Source: the human T2T-CHM13v2.0 reference genome, Homo sapiens. From it: a stretch of 64,000 bases of DNA. The DNA lies in NCBI RefSeq assembly GCF_009914755.1, contig NC_060937.1. One strand, 5' to 3'. The translations under genes and the position numbers were made by a program. Of this stretch, positions 31,469 through 42,710 are shown one piece after another; within the stretch, counting starts at the first letter, position 1, and each line of letters opens with the position of its first letter. Below the pieces are notes generated by a model. It made no database searches and was not told the origin of the DNA. It saw nothing but the letters and a program-made list of their open reading frames with translations.

Positions 31469-31644
31469 CTGTACCAGGGTAGACCAGCAATTCTAGCCAG
31501 AAGAAACCCCAGGGAGTAACCCGCCACAGGAAATATTGTTCCTATAATCCACAGTTTGGGAGCAATGATCCAGGCGCTTTGGTACAATATTCCTCCAACC
31601 ACAGCTATGAGCACAATGAGGATGGCGCCCGCGATGGACCCAAT
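31469..31644 (-). CDS. SLC10A2: SLC10A2 exon 4 (176 nt)
   Basis: tttttcag|ATTGGGTCC...TGGTACAG|gtatgg; encodes [58 protein letters not shown](R). Confidence 0.99.
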
Positions 31645-32550
31645 CTGAAAAAAAAAGGAATAAGTGAACCCAGCAATCATGAGTCAAAGCAAATCCAAGT
31701 ATGTTTGTCAGAGACAAAACCTCAGCAGTCTCCTTGTCCCTGGGGGAAGTGATGATAAAGTTGTCTTTCTATGTACTCCAAGCCAGGAGGCTGCAATCAG
31801 CCCACTGGAAATACTGACGCTTGTCCCATGCTTTAAGCTTTAAGAACACAATAGGACATGTAGCAACCATTTGCAATTAGTCTGAAGATTTTCTGACTTG
31901 AAAATTATCCTTGTCAGAACAAAAAGACAACCCATTTCAATGACAGCCTGGAAGATTTGGCTTCCGGATTCAACTACTCCTATTCTGTTTCCTTCAGTAA
32001 ATCAGGAACTTTCTGAACTGTAGTTTCTTTATTTGTAATTGGGGATAAAATGTCGCCCCAGCTTCCCTTTATGATTGTTACGATAATGAGAAAATGGGTA
32101 TAGAACTCTATACAACTTTAAAAAAGGTATAAGCAAATGAAAACCACTGTTGTTATTTTTTTCTCCTTTTCACATTTAAAACAAAATTTGGAGATTATAA
32201 ACATTTTTTGTCAAGAGAAGCAAGGAATACAATGGACTTACTTTGCCCCGAGCAGCAGAATCTATCTATATTATCTACATACATATCCAGATCATCTAGC
32301 TAGAATATAGTTAGTGAATGGGATTGCCAGGCAATGAAATGGCCATGTGGATACAGACATAAGAAAGATATGTTCTATTTTCTAAGAAAGCCATTTAGAT
32401 ATATTGTATAACACAAACTCACATAACAGAGATAACAGTAATATGCCCTGAGGACAGAATAGAGTAAAACCAAGAGGTGATAGTTCAGTGGAGTGTCTTA
32501 AAGAATGGGTAGAAATTTTTCCTGTGACTGCAATAAAGAAGGGCATGCTA

Positions 32551-32655
32551 GGCTGGGCGCAGTGTCTCATACCTGTAATCCCAGCACTTTGGAAGGATCA
32601 CTTGAGCACAGGAGTTCAAGAACAGCATTAGCAACATAGTGAGATCCCACCTCTC
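32551..32655 (+). mobile_element. Alu monomer (FLAM/AluJ fragment)
   Basis: ggctgggcgcagtgtctcatacctgtaatcccagcactttgg...gtgagatcccacctct. Confidence 0.8.
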
Positions 32656-32832
32656 TCTCTCTACACACATATAAAGAAGGACATTCTAAAAGAGAAGACT
32701 GCATGGCTAATGACTTCAGGCCCCCACTCAACAGTAATCATATAATGAGAATGAAACCATTTCATGGATGGAAAACCCTATGGTTTTGATTGTCACAGTG
32801 GAATATTTAATGGTGTGAACTGGGATACTTAC

Positions 32833-32921
32833 TTTAAGTATGATCTTTGCTTTTTGGGGCCATTTGTGATTAACAAACATTCCAATGGAAACAGGAACAA
32901 CGAGAGCAACCAGAGATGTAC
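32833..32921 (-). CDS. SLC10A2: SLC10A2 exon 3 (89 nt)
   Basis: catctttag|GTACATCTCTG...ATACTTAAA|gtaagt; encodes (G)[29 protein letters not shown]. Confidence 0.99.
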
Positions 32922-33292
32922 CTAAAGATGACAGAAGGGCAATGTGATCAGCAGAACAGGTGACACAGGAAAGAGAAAAACAGAAGAACAAGCAGCCTGA
33001 AGAAAGATTAGGTGGTATTTCAGTCTTCCTTCTTGAATACACAAAACAGAATACAGAATTACACACACACACATGCACACACACACTCACTCAACTTCTT
33101 CACCCACTCCAGTAAATAATTTAATATTATTGGTAGATAATTGATAATATCAATGCTGTAAATTCTTTCACTAAATTCTGCATTAATTTTTTAGAGTTTC
33201 TTATTTTGCCAGCATACGTTAGTTTTAATTTGTCAGAATCTTGGCTTCTTTAGTCTTTGGATCTTTATATCTCTAGGAAAAATAGCTCACCA

Positions 33293-33294
<2 letters not shown>

Positions 33295-33332
<38 letters not shown>
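33295..33332. repeat. (GT)19 microsatellite in intron 2
   Basis: Perfect GT run. Confidence 0.97.
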
Positions 33333-33335
<3 letters not shown>

Positions 33336-34200
33336 GCATACAAAGATGACATTTTACATTTGTCTGCTAGTTCATGGTAGTAGAAATAAAAAATAATTTT
33401 AAAATATTTTAAAATGAAAGAAAATGTCCAAAATTAGCTCAAGATCACCAGGTATTCTGACATCTGACTTTTGGTTAAAACTAGCTTTAGCTATTCAAAT
33501 TTACAGCAGAGAGGTGAGAACAAAAGTTGAGAAAGCGTGCTTTAAATTTTCCATGAGATAATATATTTGACGAACTCTCATGTAATTATAGTTCTTTGCA
33601 GTAACATGCTCACCTGGCCAGATAAAAGAGTCATACTTCAATTTCACCATGTTAAATTTACTGCTGTTTTTGCGACATGTGGTTTGTTTCTCCATGTTAT
33701 TTAACACTCATTTTTCCAATAGCTGATTTCATATAATTTAGCACCAACAACTTCTAACTTTTCATAGGTTGTTTCTTTTTCAAACATCCTTTTAAAGCAG
33801 TATAAGAAAGTGATATTGAACGGTGAAATTCTGAGAGTGGATGTTGCTTAGTATTGATTAACTAGGTAGATTGAACTAGGACTAGAAAACAGATTCTGGA
33901 ATCCAAGGCTATAGATATTAATTTAAAGTGAATGCAATAATGATGAAAACATAATTTCCTTGTAGTCTTCTAGCCCTCCTGGCAATATAAGGGTCAGTGA
34001 TGACTTTTGCCCAGAAATTACTTAGCAGAATTAAATAATGACTAAGGGTACTAAGAGTAGGAAAAAAAAAAGATAAATGAGGGGGAGTAAGGAGGGAATA
34101 ATGGAAAAAAAGATGTGAAAGAGTGGCGTTGACACACGTACTGCTGAGATGCCCCAGAAAAACCCCCCTTGGGTATCCTTGCATCCTGCTGTTTTGGGAG

Positions 34201-34605
34201 TGATATGGTTTGGCTCTCTGTCCCCACCCATATCTCATGTTGAATTATAATCCCCAGTTGGAGGATTACAACTAAAGGACGGGTCTGTTGGAGGAGGGGC
34301 CTGGTGGGAGGTGATTGAATTGTGGGGGCAGACTTCCCCCTTGTTGTTCTTGTGATAGTGAGTTCTCATGTGATCTGGTTGTCTATAAGTGTGCACACCT
34401 CCTTCTTTGCTCTCTTCCTCTGCTCCAGCCATGTAGAAGCTGCCTGCTTCCCCTTCCCCTTCTGCCATGATTGTAAGTTTCCTGAGGCCTCCCCTGCCAT
34501 GCTTCCTGTACAGTCTGTGGAACTGTGAGCCAACTAAACTTCTTTTCTTTATAAATTATCCAGTCTCAGGTAATTCTTTATAGCAATGAGAGAACAGATG
34601 AATAC
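34201..34605 (+). mobile_element. MST-type MaLR solo LTR
   Basis: tgatatggtttggctctctgtcccc...ttctttataaattatccagtctcagg...aataca. Confidence 0.85.
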
Positions 34606-35269
34606 AAGAAGGAAACTCCCTCTCCTGGGTCTTTAGACCATTGCCTAAGTTTTTGAAGTTTGTAGGTCTTAAAACCATCTGGATATATGACTTGTTTGTG
34701 ATGTGGTAGCTTAAATCTAGCTGCAAGTCCTGTGCTTGGAATGTTAGTGTGGTTAGGTTTTGGTCCTATATTTTAATGTGCTGAATCTGTTTGGCCCCTC
34801 CTGCTAAGAGTATTCATCTTTTTGAGGCAGCCCAAGCCAACGGGTTAACACATAAGCAGCACCACCTGCCGAAATCCATGGCAGAATTGCTTTTCTTTCC
34901 TGACCAGATGAGGCCAGATGAAGTTTTTCAGGGACCTGGGGTTGACTGGGAAAGGGACTCTGTTTTTCTTTACACCCACAGTGTGTGGCTTCTGCTTGTA
35001 GAGGTGGATGTTGTAACTTTGGTCTCCAGTGGGCTGGTGATCTTGCTCTTTTCTTTCCCCATGCTCTGTTTGTTTTACGTATGCCTCATATGCCCATGTT
35101 CTCTCTGTAAAGTGCCTGTCTATGTAGATGAAAAAGCAACCACTCATGGTTACACATTGAATCCATAACTTGGTCTTTAATCAAGTTTACACAGTAGATA
35201 TCAGAGGAAAGAAAGGTAGAAAGAAGAATGAGAATGAAAGAGAGTGGTGGTGAATGGATTCATGTGGTG

Positions 35270-35470
35270 GGACTGGGAGCCAGATAGATTTGGAACTGAA
35301 CCTTTCTGTATTCCCAAACTGTGGGAACTGTGCAAATCATTGAACCCCTCTGAGCTTTTGTTTCCTCATTTGTAAAATGGGTGGAGTTATGTCTGCCTTA
35401 CAGTGCTGTTGTGAGAATTAAATGATGAAATGGCTATAAACTTCTTGGCACAAGACACTTAAAAATGTGG
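35270..35470. mobile_element. MIR SINE
   Basis: ctctgagcttttgtttcctcatttgtaaaatggg...gttgtgagaattaaatga. Confidence 0.75.
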
Positions 35471-35839
35471 GGTAGAGAGGAGTAAGTACAACAATTTGCA
35501 GCAGTGGTTTTATTTTAGTGGTACCAGCTGCATGGTCTGCCTCCTCTCGATCCAGATGTCAGCATCTGAGGGGGCTCACAGGTGTTTACTGAATCACTGG
35601 AGCATGAAGTTGTACCAAACACGTCTGCCCATAGAGCTGTGTAGAGAATAGACTGTGGGCTATTCCAGCTTCCTGGTGACCTTGGGCAAATAATCACCCT
35701 GAGCCACAATTTAGAAAGCAGTGATAACATCTTGTGAAGCAGTCAGTTCATTTATTTTCTATGTTAAAGAACTAGAAAAACCAACAGCAAAAAGGTGAGC
35801 TTGGAGGCCTGGGCAAACATGGTGAGCAGGGTTAATATC

Positions 35840-36480
35840 TGTAGAAAGTAAAAAGTTTCCTCTTCAAAGTGTCCCTTCTTGTTAAAGGAAAATAATAATA
35901 ATAATAAACATTAGAAATAATCATTTCTTTTAAAGACTAACTTCCTTCAAGCCCCCTTACTTTGTGCTAGTAACTCTTTGTTAAGCCCTATTCTATGTAG
36001 CGGTTAGATATAAAGGAATAAGTACATTCTATGTCCTTGTACTTTAACCAAGATATTTATGCTGAACATGCTCACAGGTACATTCCAGCTTGCAGCCTAT
36101 GCCCCTTCCTTATTTGGAAATATTATTACTTTTCTAAGTCCTTTCACAAGCAACGTCCTCTTTTCCTTTGTTGTCTATTGCCTATACCTATTTAGAAAAG
36201 TTTTAAATTATTAGCCAGTCAGGTTTTAGCTTAGATTGTGATGTCTGGCTCCAGCCAATGGAGACAGGACACAGTAGCAGGGACAAGCTGCATAAGGGAT
36301 ACGAATTACTTCCCTCCATTGTTCAGGTGTGCCGTCACCATTGTGCCATCTGTGAGGAGCACTCTTTCTGCAGAAAGTAAAATTGCCTTGCTGAGAAAAC
36401 TTTTTGTCTGAATGCTCATTTTTCCTTGTGGTACTGAGGAACAAGTATTCTGTTTCTGAATAAATATTTTACATATAACA
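35840..36480 (+). mobile_element. ERV1 solo LTR, LTR10-like (probably LTR10E)
   Basis: TG...CA ends with perfect 5-bp TSD ATATC (35835-35839, 36481-36485); the start tgtagaaagtaaaaagtttcctcttcaaag resembles recalled LTR10 consensus. Confidence 0.75.
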
Positions 36481-37803
36481 ATATCTTTGTTTTTCAAACT
36501 TCTCTCTTTTTCCGTTTTCTTTTCTCTTTTCCTATTTTTCTTTTCTTTTCACTCTTGACCTCTTATGATGACCTTTTCCTCCATTGAAGTGCTAATTGAT
36601 TTTTCATTTTCTCCTTATTTCAAAATTTATTCACATCACAGAATATGGTATAAGTCATCCACACTGTAGTTAGAATTATTCAGTATTTCCATGAGTCATT
36701 TCTCAGAAGGGAATGTATATCAAAAGGAGAATATTTTATGGCTTAAATTATTAAATTATTACAGTGAGTATTGTGGAATCAAAATTCCTCACTCAGCAGA
36801 CAGGTTCTTTGAGAGGGATATAATGGTCACCACTCACGTAAACTATGGTTTTTAGCTCTATGGAAGGCGTCCGCTGACAGAGCAGCCAGAGAGTCAAGCA
36901 GCATGAAGGCAAAAGCAGGTGGTAGTGGAGGGTCACCCTAAAGTCTCTTGTCAGGAGGTTATATATGATATTAAGGTTCTCTCCTGGAGTCTGAAGAATC
37001 TTGTGTATCAAAAACCCATACTGAATAGGGCATGTCAAGGAGGACAATTTTTTTTTTGGTCTAATGGTAATGGTAAGAGTAGGAGAGAGAGAAGAGGCTA
37101 CAAACATTGTAATAAAGATCATCCCCAATTAGTATTCACAAAGTTTATTCTAATTCAGTTGTATATTCCCTCAATCACCCTAAATCACAGAAGCAGTCTT
37201 TCTCAGAAATGGAAGGCATTTCAGCCCAGCTTCCTATCCCAATAGGAGTCCCTTTTACAAGCATCCAGGTGGCTTATCATTTAGCCTTTGCTTGGATGCT
37301 TTCTTCAATGGGAAACCCACACCTTTTTGAGGCAGCTCATTGGGATTTTTTTCCAAGGTCAGTGGGGAAAAAAACCCAGGTATTTGGGGCATATAGTGTA
37401 CCTGGTGATTGTTACTGATTTACAATTTTGCCCACATCTTGTCTTTTGTTCGTGATAGTTCTGTGGGAAATGCCTATTCCTGGTATACCAGGAACTCTCT
37501 TGTTCTTCCTTTGACCCTCATCCCTAAGTTACAACAATAACTTAATCTCCCACTATAATTTGTTTCCCCAGAAACAGAAAATAAGGTTTTTGGGATGAGG
37601 GTGAAATGAGACAGAGTCATTACTAGTAAATTTGACTCCTGGAGCATGACTTTGCCATTAAATCAACTTTTGGGTCAAGGTGTGGCTCACAGTCGAGTGT
37701 TAGAAACAGTGTGTTTCGTCTAGCAGTTTTCTGTTGTAACACTCTGGATTGCTTACTCAGTGCTCTATTTTGAAACCATTATGTGATTTTAAAAAATTTC
37801 TTC

Positions 37804-38097
37804 AGGCTGGGCGTGGTGGCTCATGCATGTTATCCCACTTTGGGAGGCTGAGGCCGGCAGATCACTTGAGGTCAGGAGTTTGAGACCAGCCTGACCAACA
37901 TGGAGAAACCCTGTCCCTATTAAAAATACAAAAATTAGCCAGGCATGGTAGTGCATGCTTGTAATTCCAGCTACTAGGGAGGCTGAGGCAGGAGAATTGC
38001 TTGAACCCAGGGGGTGAAATTTGCAGTGAGCCGAGATCACGCCCCTGCACTCCAGGCTGGGTGGCAGAGTGAGACTCCATCTCAAAAAAAAAAAAAA
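37804..38097 (+). mobile_element. AluS in intron 2
   Basis: Full dimer; TSD aaaaaattt(c/a)ttca. Confidence 0.97.
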
Positions 38098-38468
38098 TTT
38101 ATTCAATTCAAGTGTCTGGATGCAAAATCCTATGACCATTAACTAGTGACACTCTGGGTTAAGGAATAGGTGCAAGCTCCCATGTCCCCAAAGCTTAAGC
38201 CTCCTCAGTCCAGACTGAGGGCTGGGGAGGGGGCTCCTTTCCCTGGTGATTCAAATTGAAGAAAAGACAGGTTCTCCCATAAGGTCAAGGTTTGGAATTT
38301 ACATTCTGCCATCACTCTCCAAACGCAGGGGTGACTTTATAATGAAATCAGGCAAAAACTCCTACTAGGGCAATAACGGTCAGGTGTGAGCCTGGTCTGA
38401 GAGCCTAGCAGGGGGTAAGCAGAGAGTTTGAGGGTAACAGTCAACAGTCTTACAGATGGATGACTTAC

Positions 38469-38587
38469 CTATGTTATCATAGGGAATTACGATGCTCCCA
38501 GAGTCGACCCACATTTTGGTATAGATAAGGAGGCACAGCGGCATCATTCCGAGGGCAAGCAGTGTGGAGCATGTGGTCATGCTGACG
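38469..38587 (-). CDS. SLC10A2: SLC10A2 exon 2 (119 nt)
   Basis: ttgcctttcag|CGTCAGCATGACC...GATAACATAG|gtaagt; encodes (S)[39 protein letters not shown](G); phases match the neighbouring exons. Confidence 0.99.
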
Positions 38588-38644
38588 CTGAAAGGCAATG
38601 GGCAGATTGATACATCCACCTGTGGTGTTCTAGGGAAGATGCTG

Positions 38645-39612
38645 TTTTATTTTTATTTTTTAATTTAACTTTTATTTTAAGTTTAGGGGTACATGTGCAT
38701 GTTTGTTATATAGGTCAACTTGTGTCATGGGGGTTTGTTGTACAGATTATTTCATTGCCTAGGTATTAAGCCTAGTACCCATTAGTTATGTTTCCTGATC
38801 CTCTCTTTCCTCCCACCCTCCACCCTCTAATAGGCCCCAGTGTCTGTGTTCCCCTCTATGTGTCCATGCGTTCTCATCATTTAGCTCCCACTTATAAGTG
38901 AGAACATGCAGTATTTGGTTTTCTGTCCTTGTGTTACTTTGCTAAGGATAATGGCCTCCAGCTCCATCCATGTTCCTGCAAAAGACTTGATCTAGTCCAT
39001 TTTTATGGCTGCATAGTATTCCATGGTGTGTATGTACCACATTTTCTTTATCCAGTCTATCATTGATGGGCAATTAGGTTGATTCTATATGTATGCCATT
39101 GTAAATAGTGCTGCGGTGGACATATGTGTGCATGTGTCTTTATAATAGAACGATTTGTATTCTTTTGGGTATATACCCAGTAATGGGATTGATGGGTTGA
39201 GTGTATTTCTGTTTTTAGGTCTTTGAGGAATTGCCACACTGCTTTCCGCAATGGATGAACTAATTTACACTCCCACCAACAGAAGATAAGTATTCCTTTT
39301 TCTCTGTAACCTCGCCAGCATCTGTTAATTTTTGCCTTTTTAATAATAGCCATTCTGACTGATGTGATATGGCATTTCATTGTGGTTTTGATTTGCATTT
39401 CTCTAATGATCAGTGATGTTGAACATTTTTTCATATGATTGTTGGCTGCATGTGTGACTTCTTTTGAGAAGCATCCGTTCATGTCATTTGCCCACTTTTT
39501 AATGGGTTTGTTCATTGTTTTCTTGGAATCTAATTAAACTAAAGAGCTTCTGCACAGCAAAGGAAACTATCAGCAGAGTAGACAAACAACCTCCCGAATG
39601 GGAGAAAATTTT
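38645..39612 (-). mobile_element. L1PA13-16-like 3' fragment with inverted 5' piece (~39526-39612 sense)
   Basis: Antisense 3'UTR/ORF2 (ORF 39060..39515 is an ORF2 remnant), then sense ctaattaaactaaagagcttctgcacagcaaa...gggagaaaatttt. Confidence 0.85.
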
Positions 39613-40586
39613 TATTTTCGATTCATGATAAGAAAGTCCTGCAAGAATCTGTCTCAACCTGTAGCATCGTCTGGTGTGATGAACAGTAATATACATGTGC
39701 CTATGTGCCTGAGTGTATTCAGGGCCTGGCCTTGAGCAAAATGGGCCATATTTGGTGTCTTTCCACTTTGCCTTGTGCCGTCCTTCCCTCCCCTTTTATT
39801 CTTAAGGGTCAGAAACAGTATTAAACGATGGGTTAAAGTCATCATTAAATAATGTATAAGGTTCGCTGGGTGTGCCATCCTTCAAACATTCAATCAAAGA
39901 ACAGCAAACACATTTAAAGCAGCTGACACCACCAAGGCTGCATGTGTCTGACCATGCTGAGATGGAATGGGCCTCCCTGGGCCCCTGGAATAGAATGCAT
40001 GTCCGAGGGAGGAGGCCTCGCTGTGTTGCCATAAAGCAGAAAAATTACTGCCCAAGTGACCCTAGCTTGGGACAAGAAGCGGAAGCTGACTTAAAAATCA
40101 AAAGAAAGCATGCAAGCGGCAGGGTAGACATAAATTCTTAGCACTGAGTAAGTTATTGGCAATCTGGCAAATGTGTGTTCAGAAGAACTAGTGTCTGGTA
40201 TCATCCCTGCTCAGAGTGTTTGCATTTTAATAAGAGGGTCTGGCTGAGTAGGCTATCTACATGGAGACATTAATGCCAAATGATGCTATCTCTAGTACTA
40301 GGACAGTGGGTCAAAGAAAGATTTTTGGGGAGTGAGTCTTCCGGGTCCTCTTCGAAGGGATCTGTACACAGCGTACATTCTCTGCCTTTAAAGCCTGAGC
40401 TCTAAAGCCACACACTGTCTGGGCTGAAAGCAGGCGGTGCCACTTAGTGTGTTAATTTGAGTAATTTAGTTGACTTCTCTTTACCAGTTTCCTTATCTAA
40501 AATGGCTGTAAGGATAGAATGAGCCGATGGTGTCCGGCACTTAGACCAATGCAAAGCACTCTATTAAGAGCTGGTTGCTACTACCA

Positions 40587-40876
40587 TTTTTTTTTTTTTT
40601 TTTTTTAAATAGGGTCTCTCTCTGTCACCCAGGCCAGAGTACAGGGTCACCAACTTGGCTCACTGAAGCCTGGGCTCAAGTGATCTTTGCACCTCAGCCT
40701 CCCGAGTAGCTGGGAATACAGGCATGAGCCACCATGCCAGGCTAATTTTTAAATTTTTTGTAGAGATGGGGTTTCACCATGTTGTCCAGGCTGGTCTCAA
40801 ACTCCTGGGCTCAGGTGATCCGCTCGCCTAGGCCTTCCAAAGTGCTGGGATTACAGGCGGGAGCCACCGCACCCTG
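40587..40876 (-). mobile_element. AluJ in intron 1
   Basis: Poly-T head then antisense Alu dimer. Confidence 0.93.
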
Positions 40877-42489
40877 CATCTCTCTGCTGTGATCATTTAT
40901 GTTACCATGTTTTTGTATCTTGTGTTCCACCAAATAGAATCGGGAAACTTAGAGAAATGAGAAATTTCTCTGAAAGGCCCTTCTCTCAACAGGTCGTCAT
41001 TGAGGTTGTCAAGAGTAGTAATTTCTTAAGGGTATTATGGGTGTACTTGAAAGAAAATGTTAAATATTTATATTACCTGCCCCCCAAAACAACAACAACA
41101 ACAACAACACACTATACTAAGAAAGGAGCTAACAATGAGAAATTTTGTTTCAAGGCACAGTTAAATTTGCACAGTTTGGCAAAATACAGGGTGGGACAAA
41201 GTTCATCAGAGAGCTTAACTTCTCTAATAATATATTTATTTTTAACCAGAATGACCTCATTTAAAATAGGCTTAAATAATTTAGATAAAAATACTTGTTT
41301 TAGTAGAGCTAAAATATTACAACAGTAACAAATAATGTGGATGTATTTAAAACTTTAAGCAGTTCAATCTATTCTGGTTATAGGTAAATTTAGGTATGAA
41401 ATAGATGCTAAGGCAGAATTGTACACCAGACAAACAAGTTAATTTGTTATTAATAGTACTTTGTCCTACTTATAATGAAAGTACTGGAGTTTGAAGGTAA
41501 TTTTTTTCTCTGTTCCTTCCTCTCTTCTTTCAGTGTTCTCTTTTTTTTTATTTTATTTTAAAAAATATATTAGAATGGATTTAAAGTTGTCCCTATAATA
41601 AAATCACTTTTTTTTTCTGTGCATCCAATATTTTTTTCTAGAGTGTGGTGGGAATCTGGTGGGGAAGTGAGGAGGATTTATTAACTGGGTTCCAGTGAAG
41701 AGAAGTCTGAGAATTTTTGTTTTAAAATGTGAGAAAATGTTTAAGAAGGAAGTCTTTTTCTGTCTTTGTTTTTTTTTCAAAGATCCTTGCAAAACCTTTA
41801 ATTCTGAATATTGCTAAGACAATCTATGACGTTGTATCATAATTTTGAGTTTGGTGAGAGCAGTTTCTTAAGGATCGTGATGAGGGACAAAAGAGGGTTT
41901 GGAGAAGGAAAGGTTTAGACTTGTGAGCAGCACTGACGAAGAGACCTTGCAGATGAACAGACGAATAGGTAGCTGGAAGTTGATGCTATTTGAATGAATG
42001 TAAGAACAAAATCAAACCACTCAAAATGAGATTTAAAACAATTCACAGATAACGAATTTTAAGAAATAATATAGGAGCCTAAATTAGCAAAAGAAAATAT
42101 TATCTTACACGAAAAAATCTGAAGTTCTATAAAAGGCATGTATATAAAAAATACATACACTGCCTTGAATTTATATTAGACTGACAGAAAAGAGTAAAGT
42201 ATAAGAAAAATAAAAAAAAAATCTTGGCCTTAATTTTGACTTCAGCTCTATTAACTGCCAGGGAGATTTTCTTTTGTGTGTATGGAAATAAAAGAAAGAA
42301 TAAATGTAAATTTAGTGAATGTTGAGGAATTCAGTGAAATCAGTGTTAAGCAATGTAAAAGATTGTAATCATATTAGAAGTAAAATACCAAGTTTGAAGG
42401 CTCTAACGTAGCGTATATAGGCAGTGCTAGAAACTGGAGAAGTGAAAAGTGATAGAAGCAGTGTAGAGAAAGCTTATGAGCCTGCAAAG

Positions 42490-42710
42490 TGGTAGTGGGT
42501 AGACCTGGGTGATTCCAATTCTGACTCAGGCATACATTGACTCAATGACCTTGGTCAAGGTTATGAATCTTAACTTCATTATCTGCCAAATGCAGAAAAT
42601 AATAGTACTAACTTTAGAGGATTCTTGGGAGGATGAAATATACCAACTTATTTTGAGTACTTAGCACTGTGCATGGCATATACTAGTGTTTAATAAATAT
42701 TAGCTAGTAA
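42490..42710. mobile_element. MIR SINE
   Basis: tgaccttgg...atctgccaaatg...ggatgaaat...cttagcactgtgcatggcata. Confidence 0.7.

Noticed and set aside
34791-35168. 125-aa hydrophobic antisense ORF
   Set aside because: Non-ATG start, no recognisable homology, expected by chance.
39060-39515. 151-aa ORF; similar ORFs at 4904-5182 and 49714-49950
   Set aside because: Decayed L1 ORF2 C-terminal fragments, not genes.
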